DNA of 64,000 nucleotides from Pluralibacter gergoviae ATCC 33028 = NBRC 105706 (GTDB lineage: Bacteria; Pseudomonadota; Gammaproteobacteria; Enterobacterales; Enterobacteriaceae): positions 93,551 to 157,550 of the forward strand of contig NZ_BCZS01000012.1 of the NCBI RefSeq assembly GCF_001598855.1. Direction: 5' to 3'. Under the pieces are notes generated by a model. The model saw only the letters and a list, made by a program, of their open reading frames with translations. It did not search any database and was not told the DNA's origin. The translations under genes and the position numbers were made by a program. Every line of letters starts with the position of its first letter. Within the stretch, counting starts at the first letter, position 1. Positions 52,072 to 64,000 of the stretch are shown piece by piece.

Positions 52072-55000
52072 TCAGTCGGCGTCGTAGCCGAGGTTTGGCG
52101 CCAGCCAGCGCTCCGCTTCCGCCACGGTCATGCCTTTACGGCGGGCATAATCCTCCACCTGATCGCGCTGGATCTGCGCCACGGCGAAGTATTTGCTGTC
52201 GGGATGGCTGAAGTACCAGCCGGAAACCGAAGCGCCCGGCCACATGGCGTAAGACTCGGTAAGCTTCATGCCGGTGTGGGTCTCCACGTCCAGCAGCTGC
52301 CAGATCGTCGCTTTCTCCGTGTGCTCCGGGCAGGCCGGATAGCCCGGCGCCGGACGAATGCCCTGATAGTTCTCGCGAATGAGATCTTCATTGCTGAGAT
52401 TCTCATTGGCGGCATAGCCCCAGTAAACCTTACGCACCCGCTCGTGCAGGTACTCGGCGAAGGCTTCCGCCAGGCGGTCGGCCACGGCCTTAATCATGAT
52501 TTTGTTATAGTCGTCGTGCTGCACGTCGTAGGCCTCCGCCAGAGCGTCCTCCTCCAGGCCGCCGGTGACGGCGAAGGCGCCGATGTAATCCTCTTTGCCG
52601 GAAAGTTTCGGCGCCACGAAGTCCGCGAGGCAGTAGTTGGCGAAGCCGACTTTTTCGGTCTGCTGGCGCAGGTGGCGGCTGACGGCAATCACGTGGGTGC
52701 GGGTGTCGTCGCGGTAAATCTCGACGTCATCGCCGACGCGGTTGGCCGGAAACAGCCCCACCACGCCGCGCGGGTTGAGGGATTTCTCCGCGCTGAGCCG
52801 GTCGAGCATGTCGTTCGCGTCCTTAAACAGGCGCTGCGCCTCTTCGCCCACGACCTCGTCTTCGAGGATGCGCGGGTATTTGCCCGCCAGCGACCAGGTC
52901 ATGAAGAACGGCGTCCAGTCGATGTAGTTGCGCAGCGTCTCGATGCTGGCGCTTACCGCCTGCACGCCCGGACGGTGCGCCACCGGCGGCGTATAGCTTT
53001 CCCAGTCAAAGGCCAGATCGTTTTCGCGCGCCGCCTGCAGCGTGACCGGCGGCGTGCGCGGCTTTTTGCGGCCGTGCTGGATGCGCACGGTTTCATACTC
53101 TTTGCGGGTGCGGGCGACGAAATCGTCGCGCTGGCTATCCGACAGCAGGGCCGCCACCACGCCGACGGTGCGGGAGGCGTTCTGTACGTAGACGGTGGGC
53201 CCGCTGTAGTTCTGTTCGATTTTTACCGCCGTATGGGCCTTGGAGGTGGTCGCCCCGCCGATCAGCAGCGGAATGGTGAAGCCCTGGCGCTCCATCTCTT
53301 TCGCCACGTTGACCATTTCGTCGAGCGACGGCGTGATGAGGCCGGAGAGGCCGATCAGGTCGGCGTTCACTTCCCGGGCGGTTTTGAGGATTTTCTCCGT
53401 CGGCACCATCACGCCGAGATCGATAATCTCGTAGTTGTTGCACTGCAGCACCACGCCGACAATGTTCTTGCCGATGTCGTGAACGTCGCCCTTCACGGTG
53501 GCGATCACCATTTTGCCGTTGCTTTTGCCCTGCTCTTTGCTGGCTTCGATAAACGGCTCCAGGTAGGCCACCGCCTGCTTCATTACGCGGGCGGATTTCA
53601 CCACCTGCGGCAGGAACATCTTGCCTTCGCCGAACAGGTCGCCGACCACGTTCATGCCGTCCATCAGCGGACCTTCAATGACCTGGATCGGCCGCTCCGC
53701 CTGCTGGCGCGCCTCTTCGGTATCCTGCTCGATAAATTCGGTGATGCCCTTGACCAGCGAGTACTCCAGCCGCTTTTTTACCTCCCAGCCGCGCCACTCC
53801 GCCAGCTGGGTATTGGCCGCTTCGTCGCTCTTGCTGCCGCGGTACTTCTCAGCGAGATCGAGCAGTCGCTCGGTGCTATCGTCCCGGCGGTTGAGGATCA
53901 CATCTTCGACCGCATCGCGCAGTTCCGCGGGCAGATCGTCATAGATGGCGAGCTGGCCGGCGTTGACGATCCCCATGTCCATGCCGTTGCGGATAGCGTA
54001 GTAGAGGAACACCGCGTGAATGGCCTCGCGCACCGGGTCGTTACCGCGAAACGAAAACGAGACGTTGGAGACGCCGCCGGAGATCAGGGCGTGGGGTAAC
54101 TCGCGCTTGATATCTTCGCAAGCGCCGATAAAGTCCTGGGCGTAATTGTTGTGCTCTTCAATGCCGGTGGCGACGGCAAAGATATTGGGATCGAAGATGA
54201 TGTCTTCCGGCGGGAAACCCACCTCTTCGGTAAGAATTTTATAGGCCCGGCGGCAGATCTCGATTTTACGCTCGCGGGTATCGGCCTGGCCCACTTCGTC
54301 AAAGGCCATCACTACCACCGCCGCGCCGTAGCGGCGAACCTGCTTCGCGTGGTGGATAAAGGGCTCCACGCCCTCTTTCATCGAGATGGAGTTAACGATG
54401 CCTTTGCCCTGAATGCACTTCAGCCCCTTCTCGATCACCTCCCACTTAGAGGAGTCGATCATGATCGGCACCCGGGCAATGTCCGGCTCGCCGGCAATCA
54501 GGTTGAGGAAGCGCACCATCGCCGCCTCGGCGTCGAGCATCCCTTCGTCCATGTTAATGTCGATAATCTGCGCACCGCTCTCCACCTGCTGGCGGGCGAC
54601 GTCCAGCGCTTCGGCGTATTTCTCTTCTTTGATCAGGCGCTTAAACTTCGCCGAACCGGTGACGTTGGTGCGCTCGCCGACGTTAACGAACAGGCTGTCG
54701 TCGCCGATATTGAGCGGCTCCAGGCCGGAGAGGCGGCAGGCGACGGGCACGTCCGGCAGCCGGCGCGGCGGCAGGCCGGTAACCGCCCGGCTCATGGCGG
54801 CAATGTGCTCCGGGGTGGTGCCGCAGCAGCCGCCGACAATATTGAGGAAACCGGATTCGGCCCACTCGCGGATCTGCGTCGCCATGGTATCGGCATCGAG
54901 ATCGTACTCGCCGAAGGCGTTGGGCAGCCCGGCGTTGGGGTGCGCGGTGACGTAGCATTCGGCGATGCGCGACAGCTCCTGCACGTACTGGCGCAGCTCG

Positions 55001-55755
55001 TCCGGGCCCAGCGCGCAGTTGAGGCCGAAGCTCAGGGCGTCGGCGTGGCGCAGGGAATTGTAGAAGGCCTCGGTGGTCTGCCCGGAGAGCGTGCGCCCGG
55101 AGGCGTCGGTGATGGTGCCGGAGATCATGATCGGCAGATCGACGCCGAGCGCTTCAAACTCCGCCTTCACCGCGTAGACCGCGGCCTTGGCGTTGAGGGT
55201 ATCGAACACCGTCTCAATCATGATCAGGTCCGCCCCGCCCTCCACCAGCGCTTTAGTGGACTCGCGGTAGGCGGCCACCAGCTGGTCAAAGGTGATATTG
55301 CGAAACGCCGGGTCGTTAACGTCAGGTGAGATAGAGGCGGTGCGGTTGGTCGGGCCGAGCACGCCCGCTACATAGCGCGGCTTGTGCGGATCTTTCGCCG
55401 TCCACGCATCGGCGCAGGCGCGGGCCAGCTTCGCCGCGGCGTAGTTGATCTCCGCCGACAGAGACTCCATCTGGTAGTCCGCCATGGCGATAGTGGTCGA
55501 GTTAAAGGTGTTGGTCTCGACGATATCCGCCCCGGCCTCGAAATAGGCGTTGTGAATAGCGGCGATAATGTCGGGCTGCGTCAGCACCAGCAGGTCGTTA
55601 TTGCCCTTCAGGTCGCAGGGCCAGTCGCTAAAGCGGTCGCCGCGAAACTGCGCTTCGCTGAGGCGATGGCTCTGGATCATGGTGCCCATGCCGCCGTCGA
55701 GGACGAGGATGCGGTCATTTAATTGCTGTTTTAATGTAGTAACGAGGCTGCTCAC
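52072..55755 (-). CDS. metH: cobalamin-dependent methionine synthase MetH; GTG start at 55753-55755 with GGAG RBS
   Basis: Near-identical to E. coli MetH; 14 residues precede RILVLDGG exactly as in E. coli; the track start (ATG 55785) adds 10 codons. Confidence 0.96.
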   Translation of the reverse strand: MSSLVTTLKQQLNDRILVLDGGMGTMIQSHRLSEAQFRGDRFSDWPCDLKGNNDLLVLTQPDIIAAIHNAYFEAGADIVETNTFNSTTIAMADYQMESLSAEINYAAAKLARACADAWTAKDPHKPRYVAGVLGPTNRTASISPDVNDPAFRNITFDQLVAAYRESTKALVEGGADLIMIETVFDTLNAKAAVYAVKAEFEALGVDLPIMISGTITDASGRTLSGQTTEAFYNSLRHADALSFGLNCALGPDELRQYVQELSRIAECYVTAHPNAGLPNAFGEYDLDADTMATQIREWAESGFLNIVGGCCGTTPEHIAAMSRAVTGLPPRRLPDVPVACRLSGLEPLNIGDDSLFVNVGERTNVTGSAKFKRLIKEEKYAEALDVARQQVESGAQIIDINMDEGMLDAEAAMVRFLNLIAGEPDIARVPIMIDSSKWEVIEKGLKCIQGKGIVNSISMKEGVEPFIHHAKQVRRYGAAVVVMAFDEVGQADTRERKIEICRRAYKILTEEVGFPPEDIIFDPNIFAVATGIEEHNNYAQDFIGACEDIKRELPHALISGGVSNVSFSFRGNDPVREAIHAVFLYYAIRNGMDMGIVNAGQLAIYDDLPAELRDAVEDVILNRRDDSTERLLDLAEKYRGSKSDEAANTQLAEWRGWEVKKRLEYSLVKGITEFIEQDTEEARQQAERPIQVIEGPLMDGMNVVGDLFGEGKMFLPQVVKSARVMKQAVAYLEPFIEASKEQGKSNGKMVIATVKGDVHDIGKNIVGVVLQCNNYEIIDLGVMVPTEKILKTAREVNADLIGLSGLITPSLDEMVNVAKEMERQGFTIPLLIGGATTSKAHTAVKIEQNYSGPTVYVQNASRTVGVVAALLSDSQRDDFVARTRKEYETVRIQHGRKKPRTPPVTLQAARENDLAFDWESYTPPVAHRPGVQAVSASIETLRNYIDWTPFFMTWSLAGKYPRILEDEVVGEEAQRLFKDANDMLDRLSAEKSLNPRGVVGLFPANRVGDDVEIYRDDTRTHVIAVSRHLRQQTEKVGFANYCLADFVAPKLSGKEDYIGAFAVTGGLEEDALAEAYDVQHDDYNKIMIKAVADRLAEAFAEYLHERVRKVYWGYAANENLSNEDLIRENYQGIRPAPGYPACPEHTEKATIWQLLDVETHTGMKLTESYAMWPGASVSGWYFSHPDSKYFAVAQIQRDQVEDYARRKGMTVAEAERWLAPNLGYDAD

Positions 55756-55898
55756 GTAAAACTCCGACAAGGCGCTAATCAACACGTCATAGTGGCATAA
55801 TCACCCGATGCGGAAAAGAGAACCCCAATAAACATGAGAGATGTTCACCACGACTGATCCGATCAGTTGTTTAACGGTTGCATTATAACCATATAAAA

Positions 55899-55913
55899 CG
55901 AAAATAGTTTCCA
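55899..55913 (+). promoter_or_regulatory. IclR-box-like half-palindrome CGAAAATAGTTTCCA in the iclR promoter (autoregulation)
   Basis: Resembles TGGAAATnATTTCCA; positioned about 25-40 nt upstream of the iclR start. Confidence 0.45.
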
Positions 55914-55936
55914 CGATACAGAAAAAGGAGGCCGTC

Positions 55937-56767
55937 ATGGTTGCCACCGTACCCGCTAAGCGCGGCAGAAAACCCGCTCCGGCCACCGCTGCCGCCCAGA
56001 CAGGCGGTCAGGTTCAGTCCCTCACCCGCGGCCTGACGCTGCTGGAGTTTATCGCCGAGGCCCACGGCAGCGTCGCGCTGACCGAGCTGGCCCAGCAGGC
56101 GGGGCTGCCTAACTCGACGACGCACCGCCTGCTGACCACCATGCAGCAGCAGGGCTTCGTCCGCCAGGTGGGCGAGCTCGGCCACTGGACCATCGGCGCC
56201 CACGCCTTTATCGTCGGCAGCAGCTTTCTGCAGAGCCGCAACCTGCTGGCCATTGTGCACCCGATCCTGCGCAAGCTGATGGAGGAGTCGGGCGAAACCG
56301 TCAACCTGGCGGTGCTGGACCAGAACGATCATCAGGCGATTATCATCGATCAGGTGCAGTGTACCCAGCTGATGCGCATGTCGGCGCCCATCGGCGGCAA
56401 GCTGCCGATGCACGCCTCCGGCGCGGGGAAGGCCTTCCTCTCCCAGCTGAGCGAAGAGCAGGTAAGCAATCTGCTGCACCGCAACGGGCTGCACGCCTAC
56501 ACCCATGCGACGCTGGTGTCGCCGGTGCATCTGAAGGAAGATTTAGCCCAGTCGCGCAAGCGCGGCTATTCGTTTGACGATGAGGAGCACGCCCTCGGCC
56601 TGCGCTGCATCGCCTCCTGCATCTTTGACGAACACCGCGAGCCGTTCGCCGCCATCTCCATTTCCGGGCCGATTTCGCGCATGACCGACGACCGGGTGAC
56701 CGAACTGGGCGCAATGGTTATCCGGGCGGCAAAAGAGGTGACTCTGGCCTACGGCGGTACGCGCTGA
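55937..56767 (+). CDS. iclR: glyoxylate-bypass repressor IclR
   Basis: 276 aa, near-identical to E. coli IclR. Confidence 0.95.
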   Translation: MVATVPAKRGRKPAPATAAAQTGGQVQSLTRGLTLLEFIAEAHGSVALTELAQQAGLPNSTTHRLLTTMQQQGFVRQVGELGHWTIGAHAFIVGSSFLQSRNLLAIVHPILRKLMEESGETVNLAVLDQNDHQAIIIDQVQCTQLMRMSAPIGGKLPMHASGAGKAFLSQLSEEQVSNLLHRNGLHAYTHATLVSPVHLKEDLAQSRKRGYSFDDEEHALGLRCIASCIFDEHREPFAAISISGPISRMTDDRVTELGAMVIRAAKEVTLAYGGTR

Positions 56768-57177
56768 TGGAGCGCAAAGCACGCTGGCTGGAGAAATACC
56801 CGGACGCGCACTGCTGGGCGTTCGGCGATTCGCCCGCGCTGGCGGACGAGCTGGCGGCGCTGGTGATTGCCGGGAAAAAGCGCGGCACCTGCGGCTCGCT
56901 GGCCAGCTTTCAGGCCGAAGCGCGCGCGGTTAAGCCGGGGGATTATCATATTGTCCTCAACGGGCGCGGCGAGCCCGCGTGCGTTATCCGCACCCTGTCG
57001 CTGACGCTGGTGCGCTTTAATGAAGTGAGCGAGGCGCAGGCCGCGCTGGAGGGCGAAGGCGATCTGAGCCTGAACTACTGGCGCAGCGCCCACCGGCAAT
57101 TTTTCGAACGTGAGGGAGGCTGGTCTCCTGAGATGGAGCTGGTTTACGAAACCTTCGCGCTGATTGCGTCGGCGTAG
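56767..57177 (+). CDS. ASCH-domain protein, overlapping the iclR stop by 1 nt and the aceK 3' end by 34 nt
   Basis: 136 aa; ASCH-like fold inferred from sequence pattern; no E. coli K-12 counterpart at this position (arpA is there in K-12). Confidence 0.6.
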   Translation: MERKARWLEKYPDAHCWAFGDSPALADELAALVIAGKKRGTCGSLASFQAEARAVKPGDYHIVLNGRGEPACVIRTLSLTLVRFNEVSEAQAALEGEGDLSLNYWRSAHRQFFEREGGWSPEMELVYETFALIASA

Positions 57178-58892
57178 CGGACGCAGAACCGCTGCCGCCG
57201 GCGGTAGGCAAATACGTCCTCAACGTGGCCGCCCTTGATGCGGGCCTGCAGCTCGCGCCAGTAAGCGGCGCGGAACAGGTCGGCATGCATCTCCTCAAAC
57301 AGCGGACCAATGCGCGGATCGGCGCACAGCCAGTGGCGAAACTCCTCCGGGAAGACGTCGCCGGGCGAGACGCTGTACCACGGCTCGCCTGAGAGTTCAT
57401 CCTCCGGATAGCGCGGCTGAGGAATGTCGCGAAAGTTTACCTCGGTCATGTAGCAGATTTCATCGTAGTCGTAGAAGACCACCCGACCGTGGCGGGTGAC
57501 GCCGAAGTTCTTGAACAGCATGTCGCCGGGAAAGATGTTGGCGGCGGCCAGCTGGCGAATGGCGTTGCCGTACTCCTCGACCGCATCGCGCAGCTGCTGG
57601 CCGTCCACCTGCTCCAGCCACAGGTTCAGCGGCACCATCCGCCGCTCAATATAGAGGTGGCTGATGGCGATTTTCTCCCCGAGATCGGTCAGCTTTTGCG
57701 GCACCTCCTGCTGAAGAAGCGCCATCAGTTGGGGAGAGATCTGCCGCTTCTCCAGCACGAAATTCTCGAACTCCTGGGTGTCCGCCATGCGCCCCACTCT
57801 GTCGTGCTCCTTGACCAGCTGATAGCAGGCGCGGACGTGGGCGGCGCTCATCTCCTTCTGCGGCGCGAAGCGGTCCTTGATCACCTTGAAGACCCGATCG
57901 TAGCCCGGCAGGGTGAAGACCAGCATCACCATGCCGCGAATGCCCGGCGCCTCGATAAACTGCTCGTCGCTCTGTTGGATCCAGGTCAGGTACTCCCGGT
58001 AGCTCTCGGTTTTGCCGTGCTTCTGGCAGCCGATGGCCATGTAGAGTTCGGCGGTGGTTTTGCCGGGCAGGATCTCGCGCAGCCACTCCACCAGCGCGGC
58101 GGGCAGCGGGGCATAGACCATAAAATAGGAGCGGGCGAAGCCGAAGACGATGCTGGCCTCGGCGGCGGTCGTCAGACAGGTATCGACAAACAGCTCGCCC
58201 TCGTCGCTGCGGTGGATGGGCAGCAATAGCGGCACCGTGCCGTCGGGGGTGCAGAGTTTTGCCACCAGCCAGGCGGCCTTGTTGCGGTAGAACAGCTCGT
58301 TGGCGACCTGCAGGTGCGAGTCGCGCAGGGTGCGGGCGGCAAAGTGCTCGTTCAGATGGGCGACAATATAGCTGACGTCGCGGGCCTTATCCTGCCACGG
58401 CAGGCGCAGGGGCAGATCGCTCAGGACCCGCGTCAGCAGCGTGCTCCAGCCGTCATGAGGCCAGAAGTCCTTCGCCAGCGGACGCGGAATAGCGCGAAAC
58501 CGCCGTTCGGGCTGGGAGCTGAAAATAAAGAGCCGCTCCGGCGTCAGCGAGCGGTGGTCAAATAACCGGCAATACACGGAGTTAAAAAAGCTTTCCGCAA
58601 TCTCGAAGCGAGGGTAGTCGGGCAGCAGGGCGATGTAGTGGGCCTTTACGCTCTGCAGGAAATCGGCATCGGGCAGCCTGCCGTCGGTAATACAGCGCAG
58701 CTGCTCCACCACCAGCCCCACGTGATGGTCATAGAGGTGAATGCGCTGCTTCATCGCCTGCTGCACCGCGTGCCAGTCGGCCTGCTCAAAGCGCTGCTGG
58801 GCGCCGGAGGTCACTTCCAGAAAGCGGCCATACTGGGCGTCGAAACCCTGCAGTATGGTGTGGGCGATCAGCAGCGGCAGGCCTCGGGACAT
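57144..58892 (-). CDS. aceK: isocitrate dehydrogenase kinase/phosphatase
   Basis: 582 aa, near-identical to E. coli AceK. Confidence 0.95.
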   Translation of the reverse strand: MSRGLPLLIAHTILQGFDAQYGRFLEVTSGAQQRFEQADWHAVQQAMKQRIHLYDHHVGLVVEQLRCITDGRLPDADFLQSVKAHYIALLPDYPRFEIAESFFNSVYCRLFDHRSLTPERLFIFSSQPERRFRAIPRPLAKDFWPHDGWSTLLTRVLSDLPLRLPWQDKARDVSYIVAHLNEHFAARTLRDSHLQVANELFYRNKAAWLVAKLCTPDGTVPLLLPIHRSDEGELFVDTCLTTAAEASIVFGFARSYFMVYAPLPAALVEWLREILPGKTTAELYMAIGCQKHGKTESYREYLTWIQQSDEQFIEAPGIRGMVMLVFTLPGYDRVFKVIKDRFAPQKEMSAAHVRACYQLVKEHDRVGRMADTQEFENFVLEKRQISPQLMALLQQEVPQKLTDLGEKIAISHLYIERRMVPLNLWLEQVDGQQLRDAVEEYGNAIRQLAAANIFPGDMLFKNFGVTRHGRVVFYDYDEICYMTEVNFRDIPQPRYPEDELSGEPWYSVSPGDVFPEEFRHWLCADPRIGPLFEEMHADLFRAAYWRELQARIKGGHVEDVFAYRRRQRFCVRYADAISAKVS

Positions 58893-58925
58893 GGGGTTTC
58901 CTTTTTGCTGGCGAGTCGTGGTTTT

Positions 58926-58969
58926 CCCTCACCCCACCCTCTCCCAAAGGGACAGGGTGAGGGTGAGGG
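58926..58969. repeat. REP-like imperfect palindrome CCCTCACCCCACCCTCTCCC-AAAG-GGACAGGGTGAGGGTGAGGG in the aceA-aceK spacer
   Basis: Seen directly; the E. coli aceA-aceK spacer also contains REP elements. Confidence 0.55.
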
Positions 58970-58975
58970 ACGGTT

Positions 58976-60280
58976 TTAAAACTGCGATTCTTCCGTCGAG
59001 CCGGTCAGCGCGGTAACCGACGACGCGCCGCCCTGGATGATGGTCGTCACCTTGTCGAAGTAGCCGGTGCCCACCTCCTGCTGGTGCGAGACGAAGCTGT
59101 AGCCCTTGCCGGCAGATTCAAACTCGGGCTGCTGCACCTTCTCGACGTAGTGCTTCATGCCTTCGCCCTGGGCGTAGGAGTGGGCCAGGTCGAACATGTT
59201 GAACCACATGCTGTGGATGCCCGCCAGGGTGATGAACTGGTACTTGTAGCCCATATCGGAGAGCTGCTGCTGGAAGCTGGCGATGGTGTTGTCGTCGAGG
59301 TTCTTCTTCCAGTTGAACGACGGCGAGCAGTTGTAGGCCAGCAGCTTGCCCGGATATTTGGCGTGAATAGCCTCGGCGAAGCGGCGCGCCAGGTCGAGGT
59401 CCGGCGTGGAGGTTTCGCACCACACCAGGTCGGCGTAAGGCGCGTAGGCCAGGCCGCGGCTGATGGCCTGCTCGATACCGGCGCGGGTGCGGAAGAAGCC
59501 TTCGCTGGTGCGCTCGCCGGTAATGAACTCGCTGTCGTACGGATCGCAGTCAGAGGTGATCAGGTCAGCCGCGTCGGCGTCGGTGCGGGCGATCACCAGC
59601 GTCGGGACGTCGAGGACGTCGGCCGCCAGGCGCGCGGCAACTAGCTTCTGCACGGCTTCCTGCGTCGGCACCAGCACCTTGCCGCCCATGTGGCCGCACT
59701 TCTTCACCGAGGCCAGCTGATCTTCAAAGTGTACGGCGGCCGCGCCGGCTTCAATCATCGACTTCATCAGCTCAAAGGCGTTCAGCACGCCGCCGAATCC
59801 GGCTTCGGCATCGGCGACGATCGGCAGAAAGTAGTCGATAAAGCGCGGATCGTTCGGCTCAATGCCCGACGACCACTGGATCTGATCCGCCCGGCGGAAG
59901 GTATTGTTGATCCGATCGACCACCGCCGGCACCGAGTTGGCCGGATAGAGCGACTGATCCGGGTACATGCTGGAGGCCAGGTTAGCGTCCGCCGCCACCT
60001 GCCAGCCGGAGAGGTAAATAGCCTCAATACCGGCCTTCGCCTGCTGCAGCGCCTGGCCGCCGGTCAGGGCGCCGAGGCTGTTAACGTAGCCTTTTTTCGA
60101 TTCACCGTGCAGCAGGCGCCACATTTTTTCCGCCCCGCGGCGGGCGAGGGTATTTTCCGGGTTAACCGAACCGCGCAGCTTAATCACCTCTTCCGCGCTG
60201 TACGGGCGGCGAATGCCTTCCCAGCGCGCGTCGGTCCATGCCTGCTTGATGTCTTCAATTTGTTGGGTACGGGTTTTCAT
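58976..60280 (-). CDS. aceA: isocitrate lyase; true start [13 protein letters not shown] at 60280
   Basis: Near-identical to E. coli AceA (KKCGHMGGK active-site region). Confidence 0.96.
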   Translation of the reverse strand: MKTRTQQIEDIKQAWTDARWEGIRRPYSAEEVIKLRGSVNPENTLARRGAEKMWRLLHGESKKGYVNSLGALTGGQALQQAKAGIEAIYLSGWQVAADANLASSMYPDQSLYPANSVPAVVDRINNTFRRADQIQWSSGIEPNDPRFIDYFLPIVADAEAGFGGVLNAFELMKSMIEAGAAAVHFEDQLASVKKCGHMGGKVLVPTQEAVQKLVAARLAADVLDVPTLVIARTDADAADLITSDCDPYDSEFITGERTSEGFFRTRAGIEQAISRGLAYAPYADLVWCETSTPDLDLARRFAEAIHAKYPGKLLAYNCSPSFNWKKNLDDNTIASFQQQLSDMGYKYQFITLAGIHSMWFNMFDLAHSYAQGEGMKHYVEKVQQPEFESAGKGYSFVSHQQEVGTGYFDKVTTIIQGGASSVTALTGSTEESQF

Positions 60281-60311
60281 ATGCAGATGCTCCATATTTT
60301 TATGTGAGGGA

Positions 60312-61913
<1,602 letters not shown>

Positions 61914-62013
61914 CGCATGGCTCCTCAATCGTTGATCCAAAATCACTCCCGCGTGCGAACGAAGATCCTTGTCTCTTTTTCGTTCAGCAGGGTCTAGCCT
62001 ACTCATTTATTTT

Positions 62014-62039
62014 TCAAAATCAAAAACAATTTCCATTTT
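62014..62039 (-). promoter_or_regulatory. IclR operator in the aceBAK promoter: AAAATGGAAATTGTTTTTGATTTTGA (minus strand)
   Basis: Matches the sequence I recall for the E. coli aceB IclR site; AT-rich promoter context. Confidence 0.7.
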
Positions 62040-62110
62040 CAATTTAAATTGCATTTAACATTATGATAAATATGAATTTAAAGTTAATTAACAAATTGGT
62101 TTATCTTTCG

Positions 62111-62138
62111 GAAATAAAAAAGGCACCCGAAGGTGCCT
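62111..62138 (-). terminator. rho-independent terminator of metA (AGGCACC-TTCG-GGTGCCT followed by TTTTTTATTTCC on the minus strand)
   Basis: Hairpin plus T-run seen directly. Confidence 0.7.
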
Positions 62139-62181
62139 GAGATGGAGTGCTGAATCGCTTTACGATCGTGGCAGCAGAAGA

Positions 62182-63111
62182 TTAATCCAGGGTTGGATTC
62201 ATACGGCGCAGATCGTACGGGGTGATCTGGTAGACATAATAGTTCAGCCAGTTGGTGAACAGCAGATTACCGTGGCTGCGCCAGGTCGCCCTTGGCTTGT
62301 TCTGCGGGTCATTTTGCGGGAAATAATTGTAAGGTACCTCCGGCGATAGGCCGGCCTCAACGTCGCGGAAATACTCCCCGGCAAGCGTGTGGGCGTCATA
62401 TTCCGGGTGGCCGGTGACGAAAGCGATACGCTTGTCCTTGCTGGCGAACAGATAGGCATCTCCCGCGTCCGTCTCGGCGAGAATATCCAGATCGGTGTAG
62501 TCGCGGATCAGCTGCGCGGGAAAATCTGCGTAGCGTGAGTGGGGCGCGAGGAAAGTATCGTCAAATCCGCGCGTCAGCAGCGCGTGCGGGTGGAGGATGT
62601 GGTGTTCATATACGCCGGAGAGCTTTTCAGTGCGGGTCTGCTTGGGGATACCGTAGAGGATGTTGAGGGCGGCCTGTACCGCCCAACAGACAAACAGCGT
62701 CGAGGTGACGTGATCTTTTGCCCACTCCAGCACCTGCTCGATCTGCGGCCAGTAGGCGACGTCGTTGAACTCCACCAGGCCCAGCGGCGCGCCGGTGACA
62801 ATCAGGCCATCGTAGTTATCCTGACAGATATCTTCGAAGTTGCAGTAGAAGTTATTCAGGTGCTCCGCCGGCGTGTTCCGCGATTCCCTGGAATCGATAC
62901 GCAGGAGCTGAATATCCACCTGCAGGGGGGAGTTAGAGAGCAGGCGCAGGAACTGGTTTTCAGTCTCGATCTTCTTCGGCATCAGGTTGAGGATCAGCAC
63001 CTTCAGCGGACGAATTTCCTGAGTTGTGGCACGCGATGACGGCATCACGAAGACGTTTTCATTGCGCAAGAAATTGACGGCTGGCAGCTCGTCCGGAACC
63101 CGAATCGGCAT
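62182..63111 (-). CDS. metA: homoserine O-succinyltransferase
   Basis: 309 aa, near-identical to E. coli MetA. Confidence 0.95.
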   Translation of the reverse strand: MPIRVPDELPAVNFLRNENVFVMPSSRATTQEIRPLKVLILNLMPKKIETENQFLRLLSNSPLQVDIQLLRIDSRESRNTPAEHLNNFYCNFEDICQDNYDGLIVTGAPLGLVEFNDVAYWPQIEQVLEWAKDHVTSTLFVCWAVQAALNILYGIPKQTRTEKLSGVYEHHILHPHALLTRGFDDTFLAPHSRYADFPAQLIRDYTDLDILAETDAGDAYLFASKDKRIAFVTGHPEYDAHTLAGEYFRDVEAGLSPEVPYNYFPQNDPQNKPRATWRSHGNLLFTNWLNYYVYQITPYDLRRMNPTLD

Positions 63112-63267
63112 ATCTTCATTACCTCAAAGCATACGTTTAAACGTTTAGACATCCAGATAGCCGAAGATAACCGGGAATGATGTGAATGTCGAGCCTGCAG
63201 GTTCAGGGTGAGAAAATTTCACGGCCATATCTACGTTAGAATATAAGAACAAATAAAAGGAGCAAAT

Positions 63268-63705
63268 ATGGTTATTAAGATCCGCCGTTCGCGGCATGAG
63301 GAAGGGAAACAACTGATTGCTATCTGGTGCCGGTCGGTCGATGCAACGCACGATTTCCTGTCAGGAGCGTACAGGGCAGAACTGGAAGGTCTGGTGAGCG
63401 CGTTTTTACCCGAAGCGCCGCTGTGGGTAGCGGTGACGGAGAAAGACGAGCCGGTCGCCTTTATGCTCCTTACGGGGGAACATATGGATGCGCTATTCGT
63501 TGATCCCGCCGTCCGCGGCCGTGGTGTGGGTAAACTGTTGATTGAACACGCACTGACATTAGCGCCCAGGCTGACGACCGATGTGAACGAGCAGAATGAA
63601 CAGGCGGTCGGTTTTTACAGGAAGATGGGCTTTAAGGTGGCGGGGCGCTCTGAAACGGATGACCTTGGAAAACCCTATCCGTTATTGAATCTGGTACATG
63701 AGTAA
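63268..63705 (+). CDS. yjaB: GNAT-family acetyltransferase YjaB
   Basis: 145 aa; adjacent to metA as in E. coli; GNAT motif VRGRGVGKLL. Confidence 0.85.
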   Translation: MVIKIRRSRHEEGKQLIAIWCRSVDATHDFLSGAYRAELEGLVSAFLPEAPLWVAVTEKDEPVAFMLLTGEHMDALFVDPAVRGRGVGKLLIEHALTLAPRLTTDVNEQNEQAVGFYRKMGFKVAGRSETDDLGKPYPLLNLVHE

Positions 63706-63792
63706 GGCCGGATGGCCCAGGCAGCAATAACGCAAGGCAAATTCGCTCCCGGCGAATTTGTCCTGCTCCCGGAGAGCGCTCACCGACAGACA

Positions 63793-63833
63793 GCAGACAA
63801 ACGAAAAAGCCCCATGCTTTCGCATGAGGCTTT
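63793..63833 (-). terminator. rrn operon terminator hairpin (AGCCTCATGC-GAAA-GCATGGGGCT then TTTTTCGTTT on the minus strand)
   Basis: 10-bp stem with one G.U pair plus T-run, immediately downstream of the 5S rRNA. Confidence 0.6.
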
Positions 63834-63845
63834 CACGTTTGTTTG

Positions 63846-63965
63846 ATGCCTGGCAGTTCCCTACTCTCACATGGGGAGACCCCACACTACCATCGGCGCT
63901 ACGGCGTTTCACTTCTGAGTTCGGCATGGGGTCAGGTGGGACCACCGCGCTAGTGCCGCCAGGCA
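63846..63965 (-). rRNA. rrf: 5S ribosomal RNA (terminal gene of an rrn operon whose 23S lies beyond the window end)
   Basis: 120 nt, essentially identical to E. coli 5S rRNA (TGCCTGGCGGC...GGAACTGCCAGGCAT) on the minus strand. Confidence 0.95.
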
Positions 63966-64000
63966 AATTCTGTTACCAACGTCGAAATCTTCCACGCCGG

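Noticed and set aside
54151-55329. 392-aa and 631-aa plus-strand ORFs inside metH
   Set aside because: Antisense to metH; no independent support

Overview
This window is a high-GC enterobacterial chromosomal segment, Klebsiella/Enterobacter-like by composition and by its GGGAGAGGG-type REP palindromes. It is collinear with the E. coli K-12 89-92 min region but inverted relative to the reference. Gene order across the window: tyrB, alr, dnaB | qor, pspG, dusA, zur, yjbJ, dinF-lexA, dgkA | plsB, ubiA-ubiC, malM-lamB-malK | malEFG, then psiE, pgi | lysC, then yjbD, rluF, yjbB, metH | iclR, aceK-aceA-aceB, metA, yjaB, and the 5S end of an rrn operon. Three blocks depart from E. coli K-12 synteny. 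(1) A decayed parDE-like toxin-antitoxin remnant sits between alr and tyrB. (2) About 12.7 kb inserted between malG and psiE carries an L-threonate/D-erythronate-type acid-sugar operon (ygbIJKLMN-like: ltnD-otnK-otnC-otnI-gntP plus a DeoR regulator), a ketogluconate/idonate-type cluster (idnR-like, idnO, idnK, an MFS permease, a 2-hydroxyacid dehydrogenase, a UPF0303 protein), and yhcH-like and ygaU-like genes. (3) About 7 kb inserted between lysC and yjbD carries an RtcR-controlled RNA-repair operon with unusual content, plus a BASS transporter and a chromosomal ccdAB module; an orphan HigA-like HTH gene lies just beyond yjbD. In the RNA-repair operon, a soluble SPFH/band-7 protein precedes RtcB and a pol-beta-type nucleotidyltransferase follows it; there is no RtcA. 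The operon sits behind a sigma54-type promoter and a roughly 290-nt leader that contains a tRNA T-arm-like motif. A lysine riboswitch precedes lysC. LexA, IclR and MalT operator sites are recognisable. No IS element, integrase, prophage or CRISPR array was seen.
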